Source of the DNA: Bugula neritina
Taxonomy: Eukaryota > Animalia > Bryozoa
Assembly (NCBI GenBank): GCA_964035545.1
Contig: OZ037767.1
Location: forward strand, 27,358,628-27,422,627
Reading direction: 5' to 3'
DNA length: 64,000 nucleotides
The translations under genes were made by a program, and so were the position numbers. Below are positions 39,210-56,542 of this stretch, piece by piece (the first letter of the stretch is position 1; each line of letters starts with the position of its first letter). Under the pieces are notes generated by a model. It was not told the origin of the DNA. It did no database searches and saw only the letters and a list, made by a program, of their open reading frames with translations.

Positions 39210-41040
39210 ATGTCACTTCAAGCTTTTGTGAGACGGTGGAAAAAGGTTATCTGTCTAATCTGCTTCATTTGTGTTCCTCCTTTAATCTATTTGCTTGGTG
39301 AGTCATAAACACTCGGACCATTAGCTCATGCAGCTGTTTCTATTATAAGTTTAGAGTATACTTTGTTTTTAGCCTTAGAAACTTTGTATAGTATATCCTG
39401 ATGTGGGCTGTCTAGATGTTGTGTAAGATTTGACATTCCAAATTTTATTCTAAATTGTTATACCTCTGTACTTTAATTTTTGTAGTTAATGTATAAACTT
39501 GTCCAAATTGTTTATTTCATTCATTCACTTTATTTGCCCTAAATGTTTTAAATAAAGTTGTAAGTATGACTTTTACAAACTAATCAACAACTTTGTTATT
39601 GTAGGTGCGATTGAATATTTAACTGCTAAACCTTACTCAGAGTTTAGCTGGCCTCTGGAGGTTAATTTGACCCGAGTAATTTCTAACTATGAGAATGGAC
39701 ATTATCACGTTGCCCCAATTAATGAACAGAAGTTCTTGTTGAAGGTGCAGCCTACAGCTGACAAATGTCAAGGTTAGGGTTTCACAAAATCACAATTGTG
39801 AGCTTTAAATGATAAAACAATGTGTCGAACTCTTTGTGCAATATTAAATTATCAAAATATAACAACTATTAACTTGTTATGTTATGAATGCTGTATTTTT
39901 TGTCTTCTTTATTTTCCATTATTTCAAGCATAAGCGTAACAACTTCTTTTGAATTTCTTATTGTTTGCTAATAAAATGTGTTGAACTATGCCTACAATAT
40001 GTTTATATAAGAAATGTGAATTTCTCTGTGCATATTTTGACTATATACTGTAAATTCAACACAAATTATTTTGTTTGTTTTGATGATAATAATGCAGTGC
40101 CTAGTTTCTAAAAAATTTAATCGCGTTTTCATCTGTAGATTTCAAGCTTCTCACAGTATTAATCAAAAGTAGAGTTGATGGTAGAAAAAGCAGAGATGTC
40201 TTGAGAGAAACTTGGGTGAAATCTCTGACTAAAAATAACTATCGGCACCTTTTCTTGTTGGGTGAGTTACTCTCTATTTTATTTGTAAATGTCTACTGTC
40301 AACCATATGTGGTTGCTAAATCTTTTTACAAACCCTAGCCAACTTTATTTTTCTCCAGCACTCGAGTAACAATGCATATTTAATATGAGCTTTAATCTGT
40401 AGGGTCCTGTGCCTCAATTGATAGCAGCAGTTGTGAAGAAGAGGTAAGGAAAGAGCAAGATGATTATGGAGATTTGCTACAAGGAGATTTTTTTGATGCT
40501 TATGAGAATAACACCATTAAAATGACTATGGCTTTCCAGTATGTAACTGAGCAATGTTTACCTCACAGCTCAGTTCTATACTTATTGCTGATAGACGATG
40601 ACTATGCTTTGAATGTTCGAAAGTTGGAGTCTTATCTTATTGAAACAGCTAAGAAGTTTGATCTCTACGCAGGCTATGTTTGGAAAAAATCACGCCCCTT
40701 TCGAATTCATTTTCATAAGCACTATATGAGCTTAGATCAATACCCGTACAGTCATTACCCTCCTTTTGTTAGTGCCGGGGCTATGTTGCTGACAGTTGAT
40801 GTAGTCAAAAAGTTTTATATAGTTTCTAAGTTTTCAAAGTATTACCCATTTGATGATGTGTTTTATGGATTCGTAGCTAAAAAACTGGACATAAGTCCTA
40901 CAGACATTGGGGAGCTTCTTCCATCTTACTTCCATGTACCATCAGTTAACAGTAAAAACAACAAGCGGTTAATAGGTTCTCATAGGTTTGGCAAAATGGA
41001 TGAAGTTTATCAAATATACAAGAAATTCTACAACCAATGA
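39210..41040 (+). CDS. GT31 beta-1,3-glycosyltransferase, brainiac/BRE-5-like; exons 39210-39297, 39605-39772, 40139-40261, 40403-41040
   Basis: Type II TM anchor; IKS...RDVLRETW; DLLQGDFFDAYENNTIKMTM; IDDD (DxD motif); YPPFVSAGA; FDDVFYG. Phase-1 introns are consistent. Confidence 0.92.
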
Positions 41041-41739
41041 CTTTGACTGTTGGAATTTTCTTGCCTTTTTTGTTGCACCAAAATCATGTTTTGTTTGCAA
41101 TTTGCTTTTATTTTTAATTGTAGTTTTATTGTTTAGGCTTTGTGATGATACTTTTAGTCAGTAGCTTAGCTATGTACTTTGAATACTCGTATGTTGCTTC
41201 CATTTACTCTTCTTGTAGAATATTATAGATTAAGATTTGTGGTCTTCCATCTACTTAAATCTGTCATTTAAGTTATTTATCAAGATATCAAATATTATTT
41301 CTTAAGATATTTCTAAGATATTTCTTGCACAACAAGCTATATACATAGTTCCTCAAAGGCTAGTCAAAAAGCCTGTTCTCATAATATTTAAATTTAGTCT
41401 TTGGTATATATTGAAAGTTGAATCATAGGTCTTTTATTGTAAAATCCCTAATTGTATATATTTGTTTTTTTAAGTTGTTAAAATTTAAATAAGCATGCAC
41501 TTGATAGTTTTTTACAGTTTAGAACAAATTTATATAATAAACTCTTATATTTCATACTGTTTGAAGTATGGGTTGGCTATTAATAAATTTTATTGTCCAA
41601 AAAATTTGATATATATTCTTATTAACATTGACAATAATTTACATATAATACAATTATAAATAAGATCATTAAAGTTTTCTCAACTGATAACACGATTTAG
41701 GCATAACATGGTACCACACAATGAGTAGCATAATCTCAA

Positions 41740-44241
41740 CTATTTTGGACCCATTTTTATATGAGTTAGCCCTTGAAACTGCCTCTTCAGCGCTGTTGAA
41801 TCTGCCCAATCCCTGTCTAAATATGCATCCTCAGCATCTTTTTCCAATTTCTAAAAAAAGGGGGTTTAAATTAATACAGTCATCCAGTTTTGGTGCACCC
41901 AGAGTTACATATTCTTAGCAAATGAGGAAAATCTACCAAAACAACATACAAAACATACTAAACTAACATGCAAGCTCAAATATTGACCATAACTTTAATA
42001 TAGCTATATAACTATTGGGATAAATATTGATGTTAAACGAATTTGCAACATCACCTTGACCATAATGTCTAACAAATTATAATGTTTGAAAACCTTCCCA
42101 ACTACCATAAGCACTTACTTTCCAATCCTCTTGTTTTTTATAGTAGTAGGCCATCATCTTTTTCTGTTCTTCTTCTGAGACCACAGGCTCTCGGGCAGGT
42201 GCACCTGAACCTCTCTAAACACATGCAAACACATCAATGTTCACGCATTGAGTTAACAACAGAAACATAAACTAAAAAGCCGTCAAATCATAATTATAGA
42301 GGCAAGCCATTACTTATTGGATAATTTCTGGTGATCATCATGAATCTTTTGTAAAGAATAGCCATGTGGTCAACTCAAGCACCAATACCAATGGTCAGCA
42401 ACTGAGCAGAGTTATGGGCATGCAATGTTTATAAACATAAAATAATACATAAAAATTGAAAAATATAGCATAGAATTCGCTTTTATTTTTCTACATTACT
42501 GTACCCAGCTTTAAAGAAGCTAGGTTGTGTGCATGCTAAACTTTCCATTACAATTCATTGTGAGCTCCTATTATACACTAGGCATTTCAATTATTACCTT
42601 TTGTATCTTGGATATTATTTTAGTCTTTTCATTTTTGCCAATGTAGTCTTCTAGCTTCTTCCCTCTGACGAATTCTTTTTGTGCCCACCACATGCTCAGA
42701 TCTTTCTCCTCAATCACATCCAGAGATGCCTAAAAGTTTGTAGTTAAGTTGTTTTCACATTAGCCATTGTAAGATTATCGTATACAGATTTTCTTTCTAC
42801 TGCCATAAGGTATCTTATATTTATATTAGGTTTTCTAATTGCTGTAAGAAAGGTCATTTGCTACTTTTATGGTTACTAATAGTGTGCAACATTCTTTGAT
42901 AATGTCGTCAATTTTTTTGAGCCTCTATAGTAACAGATATATACATTTAAAGGTCACATAAGATAAAAAAAAGCACTTGAATTAATACATTTACTAAATA
43001 CTAAAAAAAACCACTAGTTATCATAATAATGGCTGTCACAAGATACAACTCAATATTGTGTACGTTGAGATATGAATATTTCACAGCTTAACTAATCTTC
43101 ACTAAACAAAGATTGAGGTTAACGTATGTGAGTAAGAATTTAGCTGACTAAATATTTACCTGCGTGCCAGAGAGATCCTCTTCGTTATCAAACTCCGCCT
43201 GTATGGGGTCGTGAGGAGGAAGCCCCATAGGGTACACTATAGTAACAGCTCCTCTCAGTATATCTAAAGCTTGAGTGACCACCTTCTGCGTTACACATAT
43301 ATCTGACTGGACTTGCTTTTTTGATATAAGGTCTTTTGCTTCTTTTACAGTTTTCACTAAAACTTCTTTCATTTGTGAATTTGGAGCTATAAAAATGACA
43401 TAGGCACAAAGCTTAGCTTACGTAGACATTTGATTATGCTTGAAGTGGGTGTAATGAATTGAGAAAATGAAAAATACCCTGTGTTCTAGACAAGGAATAC
43501 TAACAAAGAAGTTATGCTCTCTTGCAAGGATTTGAAACGATATTAAAAAACGAAAGTTACTGAAATTTTTGCGATACAGTACAATATAGTTTTTATACTC
43601 AGGATTGATACATTTGTTTCAGTAAATGGTGACATGTTGTCTCACAGTACCCAAGCATTTTATAAAATGAGTGTTGGTACACACCTGTGTGAAGGATAGA
43701 AAATGTTAATTCAAACAGCATTTAAGTGTTCAAATAAATATAATTTATAATACAGATAATATTTTTTAACTTAAATAACCTCTATGACTAATGCCAGGTA
43801 TGCAATTGTATAAATAGATACCTTCACCATTCCGCCTTCCAATTTTGTCTTGATTAAAAACAGGACCACCGCTAGGCTTGCATTTGTCAGCCCAGTCATC
43901 ATGCAGCTTGAGCTCTTCGATTTGCTCATCTGTAAGTCCTTGCATGTTAGGAGGTAAAGTAATGCCATGATCAGCCAGCTGCTCGACCTCTAAACCCGCA
44001 TATATAAAATTAGCATTTATATCAGTCAAAAACTTGCCTTTAAGCTGACTTTAATAGAAATTTTTTTGTTGACAGCAGATGTTAGAGATTTACAAAAAAT
44101 ACCTGCACAAATTCTCATGACTTTAAGCCGCCCATTATACACTGTAGCCACTTCTGCAAACAGCTCGTCAATTGCACATGCTACGGTTGTCTCTAAAAGA
44201 AACTGACTTTCATCTCCTTTCTTTATGTGTATTTTCACCAT
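41740..44241 (-). CDS. CFAP298: Cilia- and flagella-associated protein 298 (C21orf59/kurly); exons 44241-44103, 43989-43822, 43386-43160, 42729-42598, 42214-42119, 41850-41740
   Basis: MVKIHIKKGDESQFL, YNGRLKV, LADHGITLPPNMQGLTDEQIEELKL, GRRNG, LRGAVTIVYPMGLPPHDPI, GKNEKTKII, GAPAREP, ALKRQFQGL. Confidence 0.95.
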
Positions 44242-45015
44242 TGTAAAAGTTTTAGCTAATATCTGTAATAAATTATAATAAGATAATATTAATATAAATA
44301 TATTACTAGTTACACTTACAGTTACTAATATTTACTATTAGCATTAAAAACTTCATTGATCTCCAGCATGCTGATAGTGATGGTGATAGTGACTGCTAAA
44401 TTTAAAAAACCCAGAAAATAAATTTAATTAATTCTTAAAGTTAAACATAAGTTTTCAGTGAATTAATAAAGTTGTAGTAACACTGATAGTGGTTCGGTAA
44501 CCCAGACTGTAGGCATAGATTAAAATTTAAACTGCAAACAGTTTTCAACAGTCACATTCACTGTCAGAATGAGTGTTACTGTTAGTTAGACTCACTCTTA
44601 GTCACATTCACATGAATGATGAAAAATTTACAAGCAGAAACATTTTACTTTTAGTTTTAGACTTCAAATAAAACAATTTTGAGAACCATAATAATAATGA
44701 TAATATTAATAAGAATTAGGTTAAAACCGCATGACATAAGACTTGTAAATTATGAGCAACTGCAAGTAAACGATAAAGTTAGACTGTGAGATAGATCCAA
44801 TCATTTTGAAAATTAAAAAGTTGCGACTACAGTCAAAAAGTCCAAGCCTTTCTATAGCCTTAGAGCATATATATTTTCATTTGTGTCAACGACGTTTTGT
44901 TGATAGTATAGTTATGTTTGAAGAAAGCCTCATAGACTTTCGTTGCAAGGCAACAAAACAAAGCTAACATTATAGGCAACACTTTTACACCCTTTCACGC
45001 AAAAGTTGCAACAAA
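44242..45015. promoter_or_regulatory. Probable bidirectional promoter region (CFAP298 / MRPS9 head-to-head)
   Basis: The divergent ATGs are 774 bp apart; a YY1-like AAAATGGCTG overlaps the MRPS9 start. Confidence 0.6.
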
Positions 45016-48000
45016 ATGGCTGCGCCCACAAGATCATGTATTTATCGGATCGTAAATAATTCTTCAAAAAAGCACAATATTACCAACGGCACCTGTAGGC
45101 AAAGTCAACAACTGGCTGTGAGTATGCTTTGTTTGTGTAAAATTATAAATATAGGTTAGTTTTGCTATGAAACGGTTTTAATTTTTCAATAATTAAGCTA
45201 CTTTTACTTCAACTTAGTCTTGTAGTTGTAATTCAAGTTGTATTTATAAATTTAAATTATAAGTCGTACTTTTACTTTTAGTTTAAGATATTCATATTCA
45301 TATTGATAACCTCTGGTTCCAAGTTTGAATTTAACTTTAAGTTTTAGTTCAAGTTTAACTAAAAGTAAAACTTAGAGTTAAAATTAGTCTCAAGTTGAAG
45401 TTACTACATCAACATGTTGAACTTGATGTTGAAGTTGAAATTACAATTCATAAAAAGAAATTCAATTCTTTTAGAATAGTAATAATAATAGTAATACTAA
45501 TTGACTTTAACTTTTTTACAGATTAGTAAATAGTACTAGTAGTTTATTTATATTAATATTGAGTTTGATATTCATATTGGTCAACTTCAAGATTCGGGTA
45601 AGAGGTCAGTGTAGTTACTACCACTCGTTTTTAAATTTTAAGACATATTTAGTTCTTACAGTTACTCTAACTCTTAGAGACTTAAACTCTTACTCTTAGC
45701 ATTAGAGTCTTACACTTATAGTTACTCTTAGTCTTACTTTTTCACTTATGTAAATAAATGCTGATGTCAGCTTGTCGTATCGATTTGAGGTAAAATTGGC
45801 ACCAGTAAAATGGTACGAATGGAATAGTAGGTAAAAATGGCACACTGATGTTAAATTTTCTCCAACCCCAATCCTTGAACCTCAAACTCCTAAACCTAAA
45901 GCCCCATTCTAAACCCCTCAACTACCACCCCGAACCCTAATATTGAAAATGTGCTATTTTCACCTACTTTGTCATTTGTGTCATTATGACCTGTGCCAGT
46001 TTTACCGGACACCGTTGTATTAATATGTAAAAGTAAAACCTGACCAGCCATTTCCCAAGTGATCCGAAGTTGTAAAGTAAAAGTGTAGCTTTTTGTAGTT
46101 TTTCCACTATGACTATGTGTTTATATTACATGGATATCATGGCATGTGATTAGGATTATATCTAATAATAATAGTAATACATTATGATTGCTAAATATAA
46201 ACTAGAATATTGCAAGCAATACAAATTGTTTTATAAATCATATAAATTGTTTTGATTTTGTTTTGACCATGTTAAGTATAATTTATATATTATAATTATG
46301 TTGATATGTATCTAAATGACAATGTGTCGTAGAATTGTTTTAAATTTTAGGCAATTTGCCAGGTGTTGCCTTTTGAAAAATTTGGCATCAGAACTGTTGG
46401 CAGCTCTTCAAATATAGGACAGCTTGATGGCGGCACACAAACTGAAACTACTCATGGAAAAGTACTGCAGATTAGTAGAGCTGTTCAATCATACCTCCAG
46501 AAAGCTGACGAACATGGTATTATTTGTTTTCCTTTCTAATAATCTCCATGTTTTTCTAATATCAATGTTGACTACTGAAAATCATGTACATGTCACATGT
46601 AAAAGTGATTAAATGTATTTTTAAGACAAAATGTTGGCGCATCACCAAAAAGAATTTGACTTGGGTAAACGCTACCTTGCTAAGATGATGGGTGCAGATC
46701 CTCAGAACTTTTCTCAACAAGATATAGATGTAAGTGTAATATCGTGGCTGTACAGTCAGATATAGATGTAAGTGTAGTATTGTGTCTGTACAGTCAGATG
46801 TAAATGTAAGTGTAGTATTGTGTCTGTACAGTCAGATATAGATGTAAGTGTACTATTGCGTCTGTACAATCAGATATAGATGTAAGTGTAGTATTGTGTC
46901 TGTACAGTTAGATATAGTCATATAGAGGTAAGTATAGTGTTTTGTCATGTACAGTCTGCATTTTGTGTTTCACAGTGCCACTGTAGTTCATATTACTGCT
47001 GTACCTTCCCTGTACTTGTCTGTAAAACTAAATATGTGTTACTAAGGCTACATTTGTTTTATAGTATGCACTGCTCTGGTTCATTTTCTCAGTTGAAAGT
47101 AAATAGTAAGAGATTATAAAACATATACTACTAGAGAGATACTATGTATATAATATATACTACTAGAGAGATACTATGTATATAATATACACTACTAGAG
47201 AGATACTATGTATATAATATATACTACTAGAGAGATACTATGTATATAATATACATTACTAGAGAGATACTATGTATATAATATATACTACTAGAGAGAT
47301 ACCATGTATATAATATAATGTGAAATACTTATTTATGACAATAGGAAGCCATATCCTACCTGCTGCCTTCTGGATTGTTCTCTAAAAGAGCCAGACCTCA
47401 GATGAAGCCTCCAGCAGAAGTGTTCCCTCATCGTAAAGGTGTGTCAGCAATAGCCTTTTGTACTTACCATTATGACTAGGAAGCTAAAGATTCACTGAGT
47501 CTGCTTCCACTAAGGATACATGTGTCTCAGGATGAACTTGATTTTGTTGAATTTTTCAGTGATAATTACCTTGAACTCTTGTTTACTTCTTTAGCTGCCG
47601 AGTTTGACAATTCCGGACGTCCTTACCATTTCCTGTTTTATACTGGACTTCCGAATTACTACGACCTCATGCATGTAAGTGCACTGCTCAGTCATCAATT
47701 GAATGACAAGATCCTATAGTCACTGTAATACCGGATATCTTCATAGAAAGCAGACTTATTGAATGAATGACATCTTGTCTATATGAAAATATATTAATCC
47801 AAGCAAAATATTTTATTCTCCTTTTTGACCCAGAGTTGCTTTACCACAGGGATTGGTCATTATTTTTTTCTCAATTCAGCTTATAATAGTTCACGAGAGT
47901 TGTCTGTTCCTGAAATTTGAAGTTATTTCAAAATCTCAGCAAGCTGAGATATTCTCCATCTGCTTGAGTGATTCTGTTGTGTTTGTAGACTGTAGCCTGT

Positions 48001-50628
48001 AAGATTGAAGATTTGCCTCGTAGACCAGCACCAGAGTCCACCAATTCTAAGTAAGCTCGTCTTTATAATTCTGTTCGTAGCATATACATTACTAGTAACA
48101 GTCTAATTGTTTTATTATAGCTACTTGATAATTATTTTCCCCAAGCCGACATTATATACTTATTGGCTATTTTATCCCTCTGGTGATATACAGTAAAAGT
48201 ACCTGGTTCTTGCTGCGCAAATCCTTTAGCGTTTGGCTAATGAAGTCTCTTTGTGTGTGTTGGTTCTGTCATGATGAAGTAAAAGAATGAATGTATGTTA
48301 ATGTGCACTGCTTGCCATTGTGTTTGGGGGAGATTCTAATGTAAATTGTATGTTGTATAGCATTGTATATTGTATATTGTATAGTATTGTATATTGTATA
48401 GTATTGTATATTGTATAGCATTGTATGTTGTATAGCATTGTATGTTGTATAGCATTGTATGTTGTATAGTATTGTATGTTATATAGTATTGTATATTGTA
48501 TAGTATTGTATGTTGTATAGTATTGTATATTGTATAGTATTGTATGTTATATGTTGTTGTGTTGCAGGTTTTTAGAAAGCAGTGATTGGTTGAGTCAAAA
48601 AGCTTTAGAAAATCAATTGGTAGAAAATATTAAAGAGCTACAGGTAAAGTGTATCATGTGAATATTGATTATCGTTGTTGAAGATTGATAATTAATGTTC
48701 AACATTGATATTATATATTGGATATTGATATTAATTATTGGATATTGATGTTATTTGTTCAATATCAAATTGTCTGTCAGTATTCATAGTGAATTTTGTA
48801 ATGCCATAGCAATTTGTTTTATATCAAATATATGTTATTATTTTGACTGAGCTAGACATCCTACCTCCTCGGTGTCATGTAGTAGTCATGTAGGCCGAAT
48901 ACAATTCCATGGGTAATTCCAGAACAATCTAACTAATATGCCATATTATGTAGTATGAAAGATTCAGGAGACTGATCACTAAGTTGGCAGAGCATCCTAA
49001 AGCTGCTTTGGAAAAGGAGTTTCTCATGAAATACAGAGTACCTCTATCCTCTGGTCACTGGTCAGCCGCGCTGCCTTCCATCCAGGTTGAAGATGAGATG
49101 GAAAGACGTTACGTTCAAGTAGAGGGTAATAGAACTCTGCTAATACTTATAAGATACATGTGTAAACTAGCAACACAGCTAAAGATGTCTGTCTGTCTGT
49201 CTGTCTGTCTCTCTGCCTTGTGGTGGGCCCAATCTTAAGAGAACTTCTGTGCTCTTCTAAAAGTTTTTTTTTTATCTAAAGTTTGTAAAGCCTCATGTAT
49301 AGCAACTATTTGCAGGAGAAGTAATAGCTATTTTATGTAGGTTCATCCTAGTAATAAATTGCTATTGATTTTTTTTTAATTTTTAGGTAAGCGAAAAAAT
49401 TCCACTGCGAAAATAACTCTGTGGGAAAGAGGAACAGGTGTGATGAATATAAACGGCAGGGGGTTGGCAGATTTTCCGGAGCTGTATCAAAGGTTAGTTG
49501 AAAACATGAGAGAAACAACTTTCTTGAAGCAGTGTAGATGTTATAATTATTAGAGTTTGTAAAATTCCATTTTGTGTTTTTCAAGTGAATTCCCTATTTA
49601 TCAGTAATTTGTTATCATTTACTCAATGTGATTTTTCAAATCTTAGTTGCTAATGCATTAGTTATAATCAGTTTTATATGGTTGAAAATATGCTATACTG
49701 GTAGCTTTACACAACAGTTTTTTTTTATAAAGAAGACAACTCTTGATTTTTTATGAAAAGTTCAAAGTTGGTTATTAATTATGAGGAATATGTTTTTTTC
49801 CATTTTATTGCTATTCAACTATAAACTTCGCATAAGTTTGTATTCAAAGGCTTTCAACATGCATGAATTATTTAGGGAGCAGATTATGACACCTCTAGCC
49901 TTTGTGGATAAAATCGGTGCTGTGGATTGTGAGGGTGTTGTGGAGGGTGTTGGGGAATCCAGCAGGGCTGGTGCCCTTCGTCTTGCACTCAGTCTTGGAT
50001 TAGCCGCATTTGAAAGTCAAACCACACAGGAGCAAATGAGACAAGGTGAAGGTCATTCTATGTGCTGTAAATAAATGATTGCAATTTTAATAAATAATTT
50101 ACTCAACTTGGAACCATTAGACAGTATTAGACTCTGAACTAAGTAACACTTCCACTTCACCCATTAAATATTCTTCTCTTCCCATTTCTTTCAGCTTTAC
50201 TTCTAATAAAGTCATCTCTACCATACTTGGCTAGTTTAAATTGATTTTGCGTCATGGGGTAGTTGAGTTTTAAAATTATATTGATTTTTCCTTAATTAGC
50301 TAAGTATTATTAAATGTTATAAGTTTGTTGAAGCTTATTTACTTATAGTATGGTTTCTAGCTGCTGTAGCTGCTTTTATTAGACAAATTTATTTTAATGC
50401 TGTGTTTACTTCAAGTGGTAATCCTAAGTAAAATGTTTAAATGTAATAATGAGTATTCTGTCAAAATCTCAAAAGCTGAACTGTACAATATTTGGGGAGG
50501 CTTTGAATAAAAAGTTCAATATTGTTGTTCTTGTAGCTGGTTTGTTAACACGTGACCCGAGAAAACGTGAAAGAGAAAAACCGGGACAGAAAGGAGCACG
50601 TGCAAAGAAAACCTGGAAAAAGAGATAA
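45016..50628 (+). CDS. MRPS9: Mitochondrial ribosomal protein uS9m; exons ~45016-45117, 46351-46516, 46626-46729, 47345-47438, 47594-47674, 47990-48050, 48568-48643, 48954-49125, 49387-49492, 49875-50045, 50538-50628
   Basis: [16 protein letters not shown]|[18 protein letters not shown]; [16 protein letters not shown]; GKRKNSTA; [16 protein letters not shown]; [30 protein letters not shown]. Confidence 0.95.
45787..46015. mobile_element. MITE-like element with GGTAAAAATGGCAC-type inverted subrepeats and a C-rich core (copy 1)
   Basis: Imperfect palindrome; homologous to 63581-63865. Confidence 0.7.
46721..46940 (+). repeat. 38-bp minisatellite containing the MRPS9 exon end and 5' splice site
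   Basis: Unit GATATAGAT|GTAAGTGTAGTATTGTGTCTGTACAGTCA; GTAAGT at 46730, 46768, 46806, 46844, 46882 and 46928. Confidence 0.95.
47123..47318. repeat. 30-bp minisatellite (ATATACTACTAGAGAGATACTATGTATATA) x ~6.5
   Basis: Tandem copies end ~25 nt before the acceptor at 47344. Confidence 0.95.
48345..48552. repeat. 17-bp minisatellite (YATTGTATRTTGTATAG) x ~12
   Basis: Tandem copies end ~15 nt before the acceptor at 48567. Confidence 0.9.
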
Positions 50629-52546
50629 ATTAGTTTGGTGTTTTAGTAGTTATTGAGATTGACATAATAGGTTGGTGAATTATAATGACTTGTGAGCCGT
50701 GAGCTTTTAATTCAATATGTTGGAGTATATCATTATTTATATACAATTACTCATATGTATATTTAGATATAGGTATATAAATAGGAGATGAGGTTATTTT
50801 TAGTAATAATGTAATCAGTTACTATTCATAGAAAGTGTGTCGGTGTATGCTGAGGACACTTCATTGCATTAACCAGTCATGAATATTATCATCCTGCGTG
50901 TGCAGCTATACTTTTCTTTGGATGATTTTTGACACACTTTATCTCATCGAATCTGATCTTTGTTGTAAATATTGTTACCTCTGATTAATAGAGTGGTCAC
51001 CTAAGAGATGAATAAAAGAACCTCTTCTTTCTAGGTTTGGTCCTTCTATTGCAGTTCGAGTCAGAAATTTTCACCATTATGAAATATATTATTAGAAAAA
51101 GTAATTTTGTTTTGAAGAGGAGTGTCATGCCTTAAAACTAAAGTAACTTCTACAAATCTAAGTTATGCTATTTTAAACCAATAACCTTTGAATTGGCTAC
51201 CAATTGAATACTAGCTAGATTTTTTTCACGGGATTACTTGTAACATCCGGGTTTTTTTGTGGTTCACTAAGGGGTTATGTCCTTTCTGATGGTCTGTAGT
51301 CTTTGAATTTGATTGACAATTACTATAAGCTTTGTAATTTTAAACATTATTTTGCATATGTGCTCCTTCAAACTTTGGTATAGTAATAATTGGCCAAGAA
51401 CTTATGTAATTCGGAACTAAAAATTAGGACTACCAAACACTTGGGCTGCCCTAACAGCAGACCACTAAAACAGCATCGATATTCTCTCAACATTAATCAA
51501 AGCCCATATGAAGCAACACACACTCTCTAGTAGCAAGTATCAGTATGTTTTTACAGAAACTGCGTGTATGTAGTTTGTAGACAAATCAGTTGTGCTAAAA
51601 TTGTTAATTGCAATATAAAACTTGTTTTGATGTTAGTAGTTTACAATATTAGTCATTCTTGGAGATATCAGCCTTTTCTATATACTAGGTGAACAATGAT
51701 TTGACGTTGTTTTTATACATTATTGTTGAAAACACCAATTTTTTCTGCTCAGTGTAAATAAATATTTAATTTAAGCAAAGAAAAGCAATCTAGATAAATG
51801 ACTTTGTTGTAAACAGAATTCATATGTCTGTCATGTTATTGGTGACAGTATTCCAGAATCTTAACTGCAGTTACCTGGTTTACTAACCAACACACAAATT
51901 ATGATTTGCAGGATCAATTCTCTTCACTGTTCACCAAATCAGCTGGCTGCCTATATATTATTTATATAACATAATTATCTGTGACATAACTCGCTCAATA
52001 AGTTCTTGCAGCTATTTGGTTATTATAAACACTATCCACAATATCAACATCATTACGTGTGTGCAAATATACTATAAAACATAGTAACTCGTTTGAAAGT
52101 TACTGTTGAGTTAATTGTTTTACTCAAAGCTAATTTATGCAGCTTCAAACCCCCAGGATATGGCACTTGTGTGTGGAATGAGAAATCATTCCAGAATGAT
52201 CCTCTATCAGGTAAGCAGCATTTGAGATGCTTTCACCTTGACTAATTTTTAAAAAAAACCATCAAATTGAATCATTCTTGTACATAATAAATGGTGTTAG
52301 TAGCTCATGTTGTTTTGCATAAAAAATATGTTTAAATTATTGCGTTTTTATAAAACTAGATTAATTTAAAATGGATTTTGTTGCTCCCTCCTATTTATCA
52401 GGGCTAAGTTAGAGTGATATTGTTGAGCATACATTAATAGCGTGCATTCTATTGTTGATATATTTTATCATTTTATTTCTTGTAGTTTGGGGGACGGCAT
52501 ATTAGAAAATAATAAATTTATGAGACCATTCCCTGCGTAAGATTTC

Positions 52547-56542
<3,996 letters not shown>

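Noticed and set aside
52143-52210. Possible extra upstream GPCR coding exon
   Set aside because: It has splice sites but no in-phase ATG; more likely 5' UTR, as 52547 gives a typical MMNDS start.
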